Assembly (NCBI GenBank): GCA_963770835.1
Contig: CAVYRH010000004.1
Coordinates: 480,001-544,000, forward strand
Reading direction: 5' to 3'
DNA: 64,000 nucleotides
From: an uncultured Pseudomonadota bacterium
GTDB taxonomy: Bacteria > Oederibacteriota > Muellerivitia > Muellerivitales > Muellerivitaceae
Part shown: positions 28,889 to 38,197 of the stretch, in pieces
Numbering within the stretch: the first letter of the stretch is position 1
Layout of the letters: every line of letters starts with the position of its first letter
Position numbers and translations under genes: made by a program
The notes under the pieces: generated by a model
Databases searched by the model: none
The model's input: the letters and a program-made list of their open reading frames with translations, nothing else
What the model was told of the DNA's origin: nothing

Positions 28889-29452
28889 GTGGATGTCAAC
28901 GCGGGTTTGGCGTTGTACAGCTCGCAGATCGGCTTCGGGGGGGGCTTGAGCGGTTATCTCCCGTTGGATAAGCACTTTTTCTTGGGAGCCAGCGCGGGTT
29001 TTTATACGATTAGTGAGGGCGAATCCGGGACGGTTTCCGGCGAGGGCTCTACCGTAACCGCCAGCGCCAGTTCAACCGTCGATTTCATCGAGGTCTTGGC
29101 GCGGGCCAAATATGTCCTCGACGGAGAAGGTATGAAACCTTACTTTTTTGGCGGAGCCGGTATCGTAGTTGCTTCCACTTCCTACTCATATTCCGCCAGC
29201 GAAGGAAACCAATCGCAGGGGGGAGGCGGTTCCGGAGGGTCCACAACCGATCCTGTGGTGGCCCTTGGCGGGGGCTTGGCTTTTTCCGGCGGCAAAGATA
29301 TGGACTTCACTGTCCAGTTAAAGGAAGACATCATTTTCATTCCGAGTCAAACCGTTTCAGAAACCGTGGATGGAGTAACGGAGTCGGTATCCGCCGGCGG
29401 CGGGACGGACAGCTTTACGGCGCTAGAAGGTGGAATCGACTTTAATCTCTAA
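28889..29452 (+). CDS. Outer-membrane beta-barrel domain (in frame after the TAA at 28886-28888)
   Basis: GFGGGLSGY, KPYFFGGAG and GGIDFNL strands; no RBS or signal peptide of its own. Confidence 0.7.
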   Translation: MDVNAGLALYSSQIGFGGGLSGYLPLDKHFFLGASAGFYTISEGESGTVSGEGSTVTASASSTVDFIEVLARAKYVLDGEGMKPYFFGGAGIVVASTSYSYSASEGNQSQGGGGSGGSTTDPVVALGGGLAFSGGKDMDFTVQLKEDIIFIPSQTVSETVDGVTESVSAGGGTDSFTALEGGIDFNL

Positions 29453-29475
29453 CAAGGGTAGTTTTTCCAACTTCC

Positions 29476-29509
29476 AAAGCCCCGTCGCCTCGAGCAGACG
29501 GGGCTTTTT
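29476..29509 (+). terminator. Rho-independent terminator
   Basis: AAAGCCCCGTC...GACGGGGCTTTTT. Confidence 0.8.
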
Positions 29510-29711
29510 GTTGATTGGTTTAGATCACTTGTCTTGCCACGCGACCGCCCGTAAGATACTCCCTCATTTCACGAGCCCCTTACTCGAAAAGTTTTTACAA
29601 ATAACGAAAACTTTCCGGGCTAAGGGACCGGGTGTTATTGCCGTTATTTAAGCCATGAAACTTGAGAATGAGCCCTCTTTTGTTCCGGCTCATCCGGGTT
29701 AGGGAGCAAGG

Positions 29712-31142
29712 TTGAACCCTTTCAAAGAAAACAAAATCCTAAAATTCCTGGGCTCGGTCAAGCTGGCCCTGCCCATGATCCTCATCCTGGCGGCGCTCCT
29801 GGCCACCGGCACCATCGTCGAATCCCGGTTCTCCACGGCCGTGGCCAAACGTTTCGTTTACGGCACCTGGTGGTTCGGGGGCTTCCTAATGCTCCTGGCC
29901 GTCAACCTTTTCTGTTCGGCCTTTTCCCGTTTCCCCTGGAAAAAATACCAGACGGGCTTCGTGATCACCCACCTGGGCATCATCACCATCCTGGCGGGTT
30001 CCCTCGTCACCCAGCAGTGGGGGGATGACGGCCAGATCGCCCTGAAGGAGGGAGAGGAAGGCCATGTCTTCCAGGAGGAAAAGCCGACCCTTTATTACCA
30101 AATGAATGACGGCCCCATCAGCTCCCTGAACGCCTCCTTCCCGTTCCGCGTCCCCTCACCCGACCACCCCCTACTGGTCCACCTGGAAGGGGACGGCCTC
30201 CTGATGCTGGACCAGTTCTACCTGAACGCCCAAAGGACCGTCCGGGGGCGCAACGTGGAAAAGGGCGAGAAGGGGTTCCCGGCGGTCCACCTGCAGCTCG
30301 ACAGTTCCTTTGTGCACGAGGACCAATGGCTTTTCTTGGGAAGCCCGGATAATGGCCGCCTGGACTTGGGCCCCGCCTCGGTTTTCTTCGAGAGGGAAGG
30401 AGATTGGAAAAAGCGCCTGTCCAAGGTAGCCAGTGACATCCCCGAAAACGCCCTGGCGATCCTCTTGGCCCCCGACGGGAGCCTGAAATACCAGACGCGA
30501 TACCACGGACAATTCACCGGTTCCTCCCAGTCCCTTGCGCTGGGCCAGGACTATGCCACCGGATGGATGGACATGCAATTCAAGGCCCCGGAGCGGCTTT
30601 CGGAAGGCCTGCCGGAAGAAACTTTTGAGCCCCAGCCTCTCCCGTACCAGAAAGACCTCCAGCCCGCCCTTCATTACGAAGTGCTCCAGAATACGGTTAA
30701 AAAGGATGGCTGGCTGGGCTATCAATCCTCACCCGTTTCTTTTACCTTATCCCAGGGGCAGACTTTTGCCCTGGCTTACGGTCCCCGGCAGATCGATCTT
30801 CCCTTCATGGTCCACTTGGTCAAGTTCAAGGTCGGGTTCGACCCCGGCACGAATAAAGCCGCCTCCTACGCCAGCGACGTTTTTTACCTGGACCCCGCCA
30901 AGGGAATCCAGGCCCCGGCCCATATTTCCATGAACGAGCCGTTGCACTTTATGGGTTACACGGTCTACCAGGCCAGCTACGAGGCCGAACCGGACGGCAA
31001 ATATATCTCCGTCTTTTCCGTGGGGCGGGACCCGGGCATCTGGATAAAATACGGAGGGGCCATCGTGCTGGTCTTGGGGATTATTTTTATGTTTTGGTTC
31101 AAGAATCCGGCATGGAACAAGAGGGAAACAGATGGAACTTAA
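29712..31142 (+). CDS. resB: Cytochrome c biogenesis system II protein ResB/CcsB-like
   Basis: LGSVKLA..GTIVES..YGTWWF, HLGI, ISMNEPL..GYTVYQASY and DPG..KY.G; upstream of ccsA. Confidence 0.8.
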   Translation: MNPFKENKILKFLGSVKLALPMILILAALLATGTIVESRFSTAVAKRFVYGTWWFGGFLMLLAVNLFCSAFSRFPWKKYQTGFVITHLGIITILAGSLVTQQWGDDGQIALKEGEEGHVFQEEKPTLYYQMNDGPISSLNASFPFRVPSPDHPLLVHLEGDGLLMLDQFYLNAQRTVRGRNVEKGEKGFPAVHLQLDSSFVHEDQWLFLGSPDNGRLDLGPASVFFEREGDWKKRLSKVASDIPENALAILLAPDGSLKYQTRYHGQFTGSSQSLALGQDYATGWMDMQFKAPERLSEGLPEETFEPQPLPYQKDLQPALHYEVLQNTVKKDGWLGYQSSPVSFTLSQGQTFALAYGPRQIDLPFMVHLVKFKVGFDPGTNKAASYASDVFYLDPAKGIQAPAHISMNEPLHFMGYTVYQASYEAEPDGKYISVFSVGRDPGIWIKYGGAIVLVLGIIFMFWFKNPAWNKRETDGT

Positions 31143-32898
31143 AAAACAAGAGACAATGGGCCACGGATACACACGGATGGACACGGATTTGAAAAAAACA
31201 TTTCAGAATCTGTTTATCCGTGTTTATCCGTGTTCATCCGTGGCAAAATTTTTCGTGTCGTTGGTTTTGTTTCTTTTTGCCTTTTGTGGTTCCGCCTTTG
31301 CCGGGGAGCTGGACTTCAAGACCCTTTCCCTCATCCCCATCCAAGAAGGGGGGCGCGTCAAGCCCCTGGACACTTTCGCCCGCGAAAGCGTGCGCTTCGT
31401 CACCGGACGCGAGAAGTATGATGGGAAGAACTCCCTTGATACGGTCCTTGACTGGGCCGCCCATCCCCAGGCCTGGGAAAACAAGGATTTCATCCTCATT
31501 GAAAACCTGGACCTTCGGTCGCTCCTGGGGGTTCCCGTGACCCAAACCAAGGTTTCAGCCCAATTTTTGGTGAACCACGAGGGCTTCATCGCCTATGCCA
31601 AGAGCAGTTACGCCAAACAGGATAAAAAAATCACCCTCGACCCCAAGGAAAAGGAAGCCTTGGCGGTTTTCGGCAGGCTCCAACGCTATGAGGACATCAA
31701 ATCGGGGGAAGCCCTGGCCCTGATCCCTGTGACCAATACCGCGACCCAAAAATGGGGGACCATCGGTGATTTGAACCGGGCCTACCACTTGACTAAAACC
31801 ACCATGCCCGATGCCGCCTTGGCGGTTTTGGAGTCCTTCGCCGGAATGCTGAGCGCCTACGACAAAGGGGATGCCGCCAAGTTCGACACCGAATCCCAGA
31901 ACCTTTCCCAAATCCTCGCCCAAATCGGCGGCAAGGATTATCCGGACCCCGGCAAGATGAAGATCGAGGCCCAGTTCAACGCCTTGAAACCCTTCCGCTC
32001 GGCCTGGGTGATTTACCTGAGTGCGGCGTTCTTGATAGCCCTTTCTTTCGTCTTTAAGTCACCCCAGGCTTATAACTGGCTTTATATCCCCGGCTTTTGC
32101 TTCTTCGTCCTGGGAGTAAGCATGAGCATTTACGGCTTCGTTTTGCGGTGCCTGATCGCGGGGAGGCCCCCGGTTTCCAACATGTACGAGTCGCTGATTT
32201 GGGTGACTTTCATGATGACGGTCTTCGCCCTTGTGTTCGAGATTATCTTCAGGGTCCGCCTGTTCCTGCTGGCCGGGTCGATCCTGGCAACGGTGGGGTT
32301 CATGCTGGCGGACAACATTCCCACCGTCCTGAGCCCTTCCATCGAGCCCATCGAGCCGGTTTTAAGAAGTTCCTTCTGGCTGACCATCCATGTCTTGACC
32401 ATTACCTCCGGTTACGCGGCTTTCCTGCTGTCATTGGGCATCGGGCATGTCTGCCTTTGGTTCATCTGGTTCCGGGGCGACCGGAAAGAACTTATCCAGA
32501 GACTGACCCGGCTTCTTTACCGCGTGGTGCAGGTAGGGGTGGTGCTGTTGGCCGCCGGGACCATCCTTGGAGGCGTTTGGGCCAGCTATTCCTGGGGAAG
32601 GTTCTGGGGCTGGGACCCCAAGGAAACCTGGGCCTTGATCGCCCTTTTGGGTTATGTGGCCATTCTCCACGGCCGATTGGCCGGCTGGCTGAGGGAACTG
32701 GGGTTCACCATCGGCATCATTTCCGCTTTTCTCGGGGTTTTAATGGCCTGGTACGGGGTGAACTTCATCCTGGGCGTGGGCTTGCACAGCTACGGCTTTT
32801 CCAAGGGTGGATTGCCCTATGTGATCGCTTTCGTGGTGGCGGAGATCATCCTGGTGGCGACCGTTGGCCTGAAAGCCCGGAAACCCCTGGCCGCCTAA
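31132..32898 (+). CDS. ccsA: Cytochrome c biogenesis protein CcsA/ResC with large periplasmic domain
   Basis: GRVKPLDT, PVSNMYES, PVLRS.FWLTIHV, WWD motif WGRFWGWDPKETWALI, GLHSY. Confidence 0.92.
   Translation: MELKKQETMGHGYTRMDTDLKKTFQNLFIRVYPCSSVAKFFVSLVLFLFAFCGSAFAGELDFKTLSLIPIQEGGRVKPLDTFARESVRFVTGREKYDGKNSLDTVLDWAAHPQAWENKDFILIENLDLRSLLGVPVTQTKVSAQFLVNHEGFIAYAKSSYAKQDKKITLDPKEKEALAVFGRLQRYEDIKSGEALALIPVTNTATQKWGTIGDLNRAYHLTKTTMPDAALAVLESFAGMLSAYDKGDAAKFDTESQNLSQILAQIGGKDYPDPGKMKIEAQFNALKPFRSAWVIYLSAAFLIALSFVFKSPQAYNWLYIPGFCFFVLGVSMSIYGFVLRCLIAGRPPVSNMYESLIWVTFMMTVFALVFEIIFRVRLFLLAGSILATVGFMLADNIPTVLSPSIEPIEPVLRSSFWLTIHVLTITSGYAAFLLSLGIGHVCLWFIWFRGDRKELIQRLTRLLYRVVQVGVVLLAAGTILGGVWASYSWGRFWGWDPKETWALIALLGYVAILHGRLAGWLRELGFTIGIISAFLGVLMAWYGVNFILGVGLHSYGFSKGGLPYVIAFVVAEIILVATVGLKARKPLAA
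31160..31244. repeat. Decamer palindromic element inside the ccsA 5' end
   Basis: GCCACGGATACACACGGATGGACACGGAT ... ATCCGTGTTTATCCGTGTTCATCCGTGGC. Confidence 0.85.
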
Positions 32899-32904
32899 AC
32901 CTTC

Positions 32905-34434
32905 TCAAAACCCGTAAAGCGCGCCGAATTTTTGGTTGAGATGGCCCAGGAAAAACTCAGGGCTCAAATCCTTCCCTGTCGCCTGCTTGCATAACTCCCC
33001 CGCCCGGTAGCGCTGGCCCTGGGCATGAATCTTCTCATTCAGCCATTTCTTCAAAGGCTTAAAATCCCCCTTCTCGAATTTACCTTCTAACGGCCCTACT
33101 TCCTTATTGGCGGCTGCGAAAAACTGCGCCGAATAAAGGTTTCCCAGGGTGTAGGTGGGGAAATAGCCGAAACTGCCGTGGCTCCAATGGACGTCCTGCA
33201 GGCAGCCCATGGCGTCGCTCGGGGGCGTGATTCCAAGGTATTTCTTCATGGAATCGTTCCAGGTGGCGGGAATATCCGCGGTCTTCAGCTTTCCGCCAAT
33301 CAAGGCCACCTCGATGTCATAACGCAGGCAGACATGGAGGTTGTAAGTCACCTCATCGGACTCGGTGCGGATCAAAGAAGGCGCGGAGTGGTTGATGGCG
33401 AAGTAAAAGGTCTCCAGCGAAAGGTCGTCGAAAGTTCCCGGGAAGGCCTTTTTTAATTCGGGGAAGAAATATTTCCAAAAGGCCAGGCTCCGGCCCACCA
33501 GGTTTTCCCACATACGGGATTGGGACTCATGGATGCCTAAGGAAACCGCCGAGGCGCGCGGGGTGCCGTAATGGCCGTCGGCGGGCAAGTTTTGGTCGTA
33601 AATACCGTGGCCGGACTCATGCAGGGTGCTGAAGAAAGAGTTCTCGAAATTGGTTTCCTCGAAGCGCGTGGTGATGCGGGTGTCGGCGGGGCCCAAGCCG
33701 GTCGTGAAGGGGTGGGCGGAAATATCGATGCGCCCCTTGGCGAAATCGAAGCCGATGGCGTCGGACATCCGGCGGCAGAAGGCCTGCTGGGCGGGGATGG
33801 GACAGGGGCGTTTGAGGATGGAAACGTCGGGTTGGCGCTTGGAGGCCGCGATCTTCGCCACCATGGCGGAAAGGCTTTCCTTCAAGGGGGGTAGGAGCCG
33901 GTTCAACTCGCCGGTGGTCAGGCCGGGTTCATAATCCTCCAGCAGGGCATCGTAGGGGTGTTCCTTATAGCCATAACACTTCGCCATCTCTTGGCAAAGG
34001 GGGATGATCTTGTCCAGCCAGGGCTGGAAGCGGGAAAACTTGTTCTCCTTGCGGGCCTCCACCCACTCCACTTGGGCGTTGGAAGTGACCCTCGTCATTT
34101 CCTCGACCAATTTCTGGGGGAGCTTGGTGGAACGGTCATAGGACCGGCGCCACTCGCGCAGGTTGACCGCGCCGTCGGAAAGGGGGTCCCCTGTGAGTTG
34201 CTTCGAGGATTCGGCGCTCGAAATCAGTTCCCCTACCTTGGGGTCGGTGAACTTCTGATGGCACATGCCCGCCAAGAGGGACAACTGATCGGCCCGGTAG
34301 GGGGCGTTGGCGGAGGGCATATAGACTTCCTGGTCCCAGCCTAAAACGCCGGCGGTATTGCCCAAGACGGTGATTTCCTTCATGCGGTGGATCAGCTCGG
34401 CGTAAGCTTGTTCGGGACTCAATGGCTCCTCCAA
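32905..34434 (-). CDS. Carboxypeptidase, family M32
   Basis: LGWDQ, HPFT, HESGH, HESQSR, IRTESDE, CLQDVHW and GYFPTYTLG. Confidence 0.95.
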   Translation of the reverse strand: MEEPLSPEQAYAELIHRMKEITVLGNTAGVLGWDQEVYMPSANAPYRADQLSLLAGMCHQKFTDPKVGELISSAESSKQLTGDPLSDGAVNLREWRRSYDRSTKLPQKLVEEMTRVTSNAQVEWVEARKENKFSRFQPWLDKIIPLCQEMAKCYGYKEHPYDALLEDYEPGLTTGELNRLLPPLKESLSAMVAKIAASKRQPDVSILKRPCPIPAQQAFCRRMSDAIGFDFAKGRIDISAHPFTTGLGPADTRITTRFEETNFENSFFSTLHESGHGIYDQNLPADGHYGTPRASAVSLGIHESQSRMWENLVGRSLAFWKYFFPELKKAFPGTFDDLSLETFYFAINHSAPSLIRTESDEVTYNLHVCLRYDIEVALIGGKLKTADIPATWNDSMKKYLGITPPSDAMGCLQDVHWSHGSFGYFPTYTLGNLYSAQFFAAANKEVGPLEGKFEKGDFKPLKKWLNEKIHAQGQRYRAGELCKQATGKDLSPEFFLGHLNQKFGALYGF

Positions 34435-34445
34435 ATTTTTATTGT

Positions 34446-34597
34446 TGTCATTGCGAGCCTCGAATTTTGAGGCGAAGCAACCTCAGTTCATGGGTTGTTT
34501 TAGCCTTGGCCGTAGATTATTCGCAACGGCGTTATCTAAACTGAGGTTGCTTCGTCATTATCGCCCGCCTATTCGGTGGGCATTTCTCGCAATGACA
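34446..34597. repeat. Cruciform palindromic element (TGTCATTGCGAG type)
   Basis: TGTCATTGCGAG/CTCGCAATGACA outer arms, CGAAGCAACCTCAGTT/AACTGAGGTTGCTTCG inner arms, plus side hairpins. Confidence 0.85.
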
Positions 34598-34616
34598 GCC
34601 GTTATTACAACGTGGT

Positions 34617-35171
34617 TCAAAGATCTTCGCTCAAACCCATCAGGATCGGAACATCTTCCTGGGTGACATTGTTATAAATCAAGAAGTAATAGCGCCCTTC
34701 CACGAAAGCATGTTCCCCGGGACGGAAGTCGAACTGGAATCCCACACCCACCACGGCGGCCAAGGAAGAAGTAAAGTACCCGCTTGGGCTTGAGAATTGA
34801 AAGTCATAACCCGGTCCCGCCAAAATATAGGGGGCCCAGTCGGGGCCCGGGTTGGCCAATCGCAGTTCGGGTGAAACCCGCCAATCCACCACGGTTAAGC
34901 CGTCCCCGGAAAAGGTCCAGGGGGAAATGGACAGCTGAAGGGACAAGGCGGGGTTCAGGCGATAGCCAAAGAGAACATTTCCCCCGCCGCCCACGGTGTA
35001 TTCAGGGTCCCAGTTTTGGGCTGGAACAGAGGCACCCAGTCCCATGCCCAAATACCATTTGGAAGAAAGGGAGGTAGAAGCCGCGGAGTCGGAAAGATCG
35101 GCCGCCCTCAGGAGCGGGGCCGTTAAAAGAAATAAGCATCCGAAAAGGAATATTGAGGCCGTTTTTTTCAT
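34617..35171 (-). CDS. Outer-membrane beta-barrel protein
   Basis: Signal peptide MKKTASIF..LRA; WYLGMGLG, FGYRLNP, PYILAG and FVEGRY strands. Confidence 0.78.
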   Translation of the reverse strand: MKKTASIFLFGCLFLLTAPLLRAADLSDSAASTSLSSKWYLGMGLGASVPAQNWDPEYTVGGGGNVLFGYRLNPALSLQLSISPWTFSGDGLTVVDWRVSPELRLANPGPDWAPYILAGPGYDFQFSSPSGYFTSSLAAVVGVGFQFDFRPGEHAFVEGRYYFLIYNNVTQEDVPILMGLSEDL

Positions 35172-35310
35172 AAGAATCCTTTCTTTCAACCGGATTTGAA
35201 GGCGATTATACCCATGGCCGGAAGAAAGGTTCAATTTTTGAGCGTTTCCTAAGGATATAAGGGAATCTTATCTTCTTAAAAGCCTTCAGCGGAGGCCGAT
35301 AACACCCGTT

Positions 35311-38076
35311 ATGAACAGCAAACAGTCGAATGGAATGGCCTATGCCGGAACCCCGGATTTTCTCCTGATGCGGTCCTTGAAGCCTTTTCTTATCCCATTC
35401 CTAGCAATGGTATTAGGGCTGTTTCTCTTCGGCCTGGCTCCGGCCATGGCCCAATATGGGGCCTCCGGGGCGCCTTATACCCAAACCGCTCCCCTGGACA
35501 ACTGCACCTCCTCCAGCGTTTCCCTGAACACCATGGCCATCAACCAGTTCTACCTTTATTCCGCCTCCGGGGTTTCGGTGCTTTACGCCGGGGGGGTGAA
35601 CTTGGCCGGGGCCAATACCATCGTGATGCAAAGTGCCCCGCCGGCCAACGCCACCATCGTGGCGGCCTACCTGGAACTGATAGAAGAGGCAACCTCAAAC
35701 ATCTACTTCAACGGCCCGGTTTCCCTGGGGGGAGGGTTGACCTCCTCGGGAACCCTGGTGGGACAGGGCAACTTCGAGAATGTTTGGACTGACCCCTTCT
35801 GGGGGATGGACCTGCAGAGCGGCGACAGCGCGTTTTTCAGCGACGTGCGCTACAACGTGACCAGCCTGGTCTCGGACGGAACCGTCACCTACAGCACCAA
35901 TGCCCTCGACGAAAGCCTCCTGGCCGCGCTGGTCATTGTTTATACCGTCCCATCACCCAACAGCTGCGGGGCGGTGGCCCTGGACGACGGCCTTTTCGTT
36001 TGGGGCGGGAGCACGGTCGGTTCCCCCAAACTCGATTACGGGGTGACGCCCTGGTATTCGACCCTGGACTGGAGCTGCCAGCACAGCCAGGCTTGCGCCG
36101 TCAACCAATTTTCAAGGTGGGGAGGGGTGGGCGAAACCGACACACCTGTGAGCATTACGGATGACTTTTACGGTGTTGATGATCCCAGCCCCGGCCAGCC
36201 GGCCGCCGTGAGGTTGGGAGCCGGGACCATTTTCCAGGATTCCAGCAACATCCAATACGACACCTTCCTGGACACCTATAACAACGTGCAACTTTCGAAC
36301 CCGTCCGGCAAAATCACATGGTCCTTGGGAAACCCCTTGTCTTCTCTGGATAAGGAATGGTACTGGGTTAACCTGTTGACGGCTTCCTGCAATTCCATCT
36401 GCAACAGCCCGACGCCTACCAACACACCTACTTCCACCCCCACGGCCACCGCCTCCGCTACGCCAACGAATACATTGACGGCTTCGCCGTCAAGTACTCC
36501 TTCGGGCACCTTCACCCCCACCGCCTCGGCCACACCCACCAACACCGCGACGCTGACCCCCTCCGCCACAGCGACCTCCACCGCGACCCTTACGCCAACC
36601 GCCACCCCAACGCCCACCGTCACGGATACGTTCACGGAAAGCCCGACACCCACTCAAACCCCCACGTCCATTCCTAGTTTCACACCCACCTTGACCGCCA
36701 CCCCCACCTCCACGGGCACCCCGACGAATTCGGCGACGACGACGAACAGTTTCACCCCCAGCCTCACCGCCACCCTCACACCGACTTCCACCCCGAGCAG
36801 CACACCGACCCTTACCGCCACCGTGACCGCCAGCTTCACAGCCACCGGCACCCCCACCCTGACGCCTAGTTTTACGGTTACTTCTACGTTGACGGCAACG
36901 CCGTCAAGTACGCCTTCGGGCACCCCGACCCTCACCCCGACTTCAACAGCCACCGCGACCTCCACCTCTTCCCCCACCGCAAGTTTTACTTTTACCATCA
37001 CGCCGACCCCGACCCCCAGTTTCACCCCCACGGCCACCGGAACGCCCAGTTCCACCCCCACCGTCACCTCCACGTTCACCATTACTTTCACTCCTACGCC
37101 GACGTTTACGCCGACCAACACGGCTACGTCGACGGTGACGGATAGTTTTACCCCGACGGGGACAGCAACTCCCACTCCTCCGCCCCAATCCTATACGGTG
37201 AGTTTTTGCGTCTATAACTCCGCCGGGGAACTGGTGAAGCAGTTGCTGGTCGAGAAATCCGCCCAACCTATCTTGTCCCTCTTGCTCAACCCCGGTAACG
37301 CCATTACCAGCCTGGGAGGGCCCGATAACGTGGTTTCTATTTATTGGAACGGAATCCTTCAGACCGCCTGGAACGGGACCAACGCGTCCGGGAACCCGGT
37401 TTTGAACGGAACTTATTACGTGAAAGTGGACAATGTAGATTCCACGGGTTCGGACCAGAGCGCCCTCCAAACCGTGACGGTTAGCAGGCCCTTGGATACG
37501 GTGGAAGCGGAGATTTGCAATGAAGCTGGGGAAGTGGTGCGGATTCTCTACCAGCAGAATGGGGCCTCGGGGCCGGTCACCGCGGTGCAACTCTCTTCCT
37601 CCACCGTTCAAGAGGGGTCCGCCCAGGGCGGGGTTACTATCAGTTTAAGCAACGGAACCACCTTCACCTGGGATGGAAGGGCGGCGAACGGGAACCAGGT
37701 GACCAACGGTCTTTATTACCTGGAAGTCTTTTCCCAAAGCGGGATGGACGGCGAGGAAGTCCTGACGAAAGACGTGACGGTGGTGGACAGCGGTCGGGCG
37801 GGCTTAGGGGTTTTCGCCTACCCCAACCCCTGGCGCGTAGGGGAACCGCCCTTGACCTTCCAGTGTTCCCCCACCCAGCCTTTGACCTTAAAAGTTTGGA
37901 TTTATGATTTGGCCGGCGAGAAAGTGGATGTGCTGGAAGGACCTCAGGGGGCCAACCAGGTGGTCTTAAACAACAAGACCCTCGCCAGCGGGGTCTATGT
38001 GGCCATGGTAGACCTGCTAGATGGAAACGGCAACCTGGAGGGGCGCCAGACCTTGAAGGTGATGCTGGAGCATTGA
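35311..38076 (+). CDS. Large secreted Thr/Pro-stalk protein with three C-terminal FlgD-Ig/CTD-like domains
   Basis: Signal peptide ..APAMA; long (TX)n linker; [17 protein letters not shown] and AYPNP..IYDLAGE..SGVY repeats. Confidence 0.82.
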   Translation: MNSKQSNGMAYAGTPDFLLMRSLKPFLIPFLAMVLGLFLFGLAPAMAQYGASGAPYTQTAPLDNCTSSSVSLNTMAINQFYLYSASGVSVLYAGGVNLAGANTIVMQSAPPANATIVAAYLELIEEATSNIYFNGPVSLGGGLTSSGTLVGQGNFENVWTDPFWGMDLQSGDSAFFSDVRYNVTSLVSDGTVTYSTNALDESLLAALVIVYTVPSPNSCGAVALDDGLFVWGGSTVGSPKLDYGVTPWYSTLDWSCQHSQACAVNQFSRWGGVGETDTPVSITDDFYGVDDPSPGQPAAVRLGAGTIFQDSSNIQYDTFLDTYNNVQLSNPSGKITWSLGNPLSSLDKEWYWVNLLTASCNSICNSPTPTNTPTSTPTATASATPTNTLTASPSSTPSGTFTPTASATPTNTATLTPSATATSTATLTPTATPTPTVTDTFTESPTPTQTPTSIPSFTPTLTATPTSTGTPTNSATTTNSFTPSLTATLTPTSTPSSTPTLTATVTASFTATGTPTLTPSFTVTSTLTATPSSTPSGTPTLTPTSTATATSTSSPTASFTFTITPTPTPSFTPTATGTPSSTPTVTSTFTITFTPTPTFTPTNTATSTVTDSFTPTGTATPTPPPQSYTVSFCVYNSAGELVKQLLVEKSAQPILSLLLNPGNAITSLGGPDNVVSIYWNGILQTAWNGTNASGNPVLNGTYYVKVDNVDSTGSDQSALQTVTVSRPLDTVEAEICNEAGEVVRILYQQNGASGPVTAVQLSSSTVQEGSAQGGVTISLSNGTTFTWDGRAANGNQVTNGLYYLEVFSQSGMDGEEVLTKDVTVVDSGRAGLGVFAYPNPWRVGEPPLTFQCSPTQPLTLKVWIYDLAGEKVDVLEGPQGANQVVLNNKTLASGVYVAMVDLLDGNGNLEGRQTLKVMLEH

Positions 38077-38103
38077 AGTAAGAGGCTCTAACAAAAATCA
38101 AAA

Positions 38104-38157
38104 CAAAAGCTACTTGAACCACCAAGGGCACCAAGCTCACCAAGAAAAGCAAGAATC
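38104..38157. repeat. Single arm of the CACCAAG nonamer element
   Basis: CAAAAGCTACTTGAACCACCAAGGGCACCAAGCTCACCAAGAAAAGCAAGAA is nearly the reverse complement of 50611-50661. Confidence 0.7.
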
Positions 38158-38197
38158 AAACATCGGATTTTCAGCGTTTTAATTTTTCATCATCCTG

